Source: a virus
Reading direction: 5' to 3' (one strand)
DNA: 64,000 nt
Virus record (IMG/VR): IMGVR_UViG_3300035092_000015
Span: 16,876 to 80,875 of that record
This document shows positions 62,949 through 64,000 of the stretch, in pieces. Position 1 is the stretch's first letter; every line of letters begins with the position of its first letter. The position numbers and the translations under genes were made by a program. The notes under the pieces were generated by a model. It worked only from the letters and a program-made list of their open reading frames with translations, was not told where the DNA came from and ran no database searches.

Positions 62949-64000
62949 GTGGCAGCCGGGTTCAAGGTCGCCGACGCCTACATCGAGGTCCATGTCGACG
63001 ACGACACCAAAAAGGGCCGGCGTGACATCGACCGCGACACCCGCCGGTGGGCTGATAACCTCGGCAAGGGGATCGGCGAGAAGTTGCTGTCCGGGCTAAC
63101 CACCGGCTTGCGCGGGCTGTTCACAGTGCTCAAAGGATCGATCGCGCTGATCGCGTTCACCGCCCGCATGGCGCTGCTCGGGTTGGTCATCGGCACCGTC
63201 GTCTCCGCCGTCGCCGGGCTGCTCGGCGCGCTGGTCAACCTCATCCCAGTCCTGCACGAGCTGGTCGTGGTTTTGATCCAAGCGGCCGGTGTGTTACTGC
63301 TGTACCCGGCGGCGATCGCGTCGGCGTTGATCGCGTTCGGTACGTTGAAGCTCGGATTCCAAGGGATATCGGCTGCGTTGAAAGCCGGCCTATCGGGCGA
63401 CCTGCAGGCGTTGAACAAAGCCCTGGAGAAGCTGGCCCCCAACGCGGCGGCGTTCGTCAGCGAGATCATCAAAGCCAAACCGGCGTTCGACCGGATGAGG
63501 CTGCAGATCCAGAACAGCCTGTTCGAGGACCTGGCCGAGCTGCTGCGGAAGATGTCCCAGGTGTACCTGCCGATCCTGACCCACGGGTTGGACACCATGG
63601 CGATCGCGCTGAACCAGGTGTTCAAAAACATCGGGCAGTTCCTGCTGGGCGCCCAAACCCAGAACGACATCGGCACCATCATGCAGAACGCCGCCCGCGC
63701 CGCGACCGAACTCGGCGCGGTGCTCACCCCGGCGTTGGCGATCCTGCGCGATGTGCTGGTTGTGTCGACAAAAGTCCTGGCCGATCTGACCGCGAAGCTG
63801 GTCCCGATCTTCCAAGTCTGGGCCGACTCGATCGAACGGATGCGCGCCGACGGGTCGCTGGAGAAGCTGATCCTAGACGGTGTCGAGGCGTTGAAGCTGT
63901 TCGCCAGCCTGGCCGGCGACCTGATCGGGATCCTGGGCGGGATCTCCCGGGCAGCCGGCGAAGGCGGCGGGCTGTTCAGCTTCTTCGACCGGTTGAACAC
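62949..64000 (+). CDS. tape measure protein (5' part, runs off window)
   Basis: GGAGG RBS; VAAGFKVADAYIEVHVD.., helical, LEKLAPNAAAFV; no stop before the window end, so absent from the ORF track. Confidence 0.85.
   Translation, partial: MAAGFKVADAYIEVHVDDDTKKGRRDIDRDTRRWADNLGKGIGEKLLSGLTTGLRGLFTVLKGSIALIAFTARMALLGLVIGTVVSAVAGLLGALVNLIPVLHELVVVLIQAAGVLLLYPAAIASALIAFGTLKLGFQGISAALKAGLSGDLQALNKALEKLAPNAAAFVSEIIKAKPAFDRMRLQIQNSLFEDLAELLRKMSQVYLPILTHGLDTMAIALNQVFKNIGQFLLGAQTQNDIGTIMQNAARAATELGAVLTPALAILRDVLVVSTKVLADLTAKLVPIFQVWADSIERMRADGSLEKLILDGVEALKLFASLAGDLIGILGGISRAAGEGGGLFSFFDRLN

Noticed and set aside
62978-64000. 340-aa minus-strand ORF in the track
   Set aside because: Antisense shadow of the plus-strand tape measure gene that starts at 62949 and runs off the window.
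1-64000. Genome-wide TAG reassignment suggested by the CUA tRNA
   Set aside because: Conserved genes (terL, portal, capsid, primase) are intact under the standard code with no internal TAG.

Overview
A 64-kb segment of a high-GC siphovirus (phage or prophage) of an actinomycete; no host genes, integrase or DNA polymerase are visible. Minus-strand arm (778-16789): a sugar-modification cluster (4 glycosyltransferase-like genes, methyltransferase, epimerase, dehydrogenase-like gene), an orphan FxSxx-COOH RiPP precursor, and recombination/repair genes. Divergent leaderless promoters lie near 16.8 kb. The plus-strand early arm carries a 2-aminoadenine (Z) pathway (PurZ0-type synthetase, MazG-like protein, NDT-dUTPase fusion, a phage-encoded PurB), a primase-helicase, DUF397 genes, a zeta-like kinase and a CUA-anticodon tRNA. 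The late region runs terS, terL, portal, MuF, scaffold, capsid, neck, tail tube, frameshifting chaperone and tape measure (truncated). The most striking feature is about 17 kb inserted in the head module. Sixteen otherwise unrelated proteins (14 there, 2 upstream) share an N-terminal tag (W-x-E-x-x-HPRD-x2-3-GRF/W or PRWP-x-GTP-xn-GGGRF, then W-A-x-x-L/I-S). The tag is fused to variable payloads: four HipA/PI3-4K-like kinases, a GNAT-like domain, a HEXXH protease, an ART-like domain, a zeta kinase and a repeated beta module. Small acidic and small basic genes are interspersed. I infer a tag-addressed, virion-packaged polymorphic effector system. All family assignments come from motif recognition by eye, not database searches.
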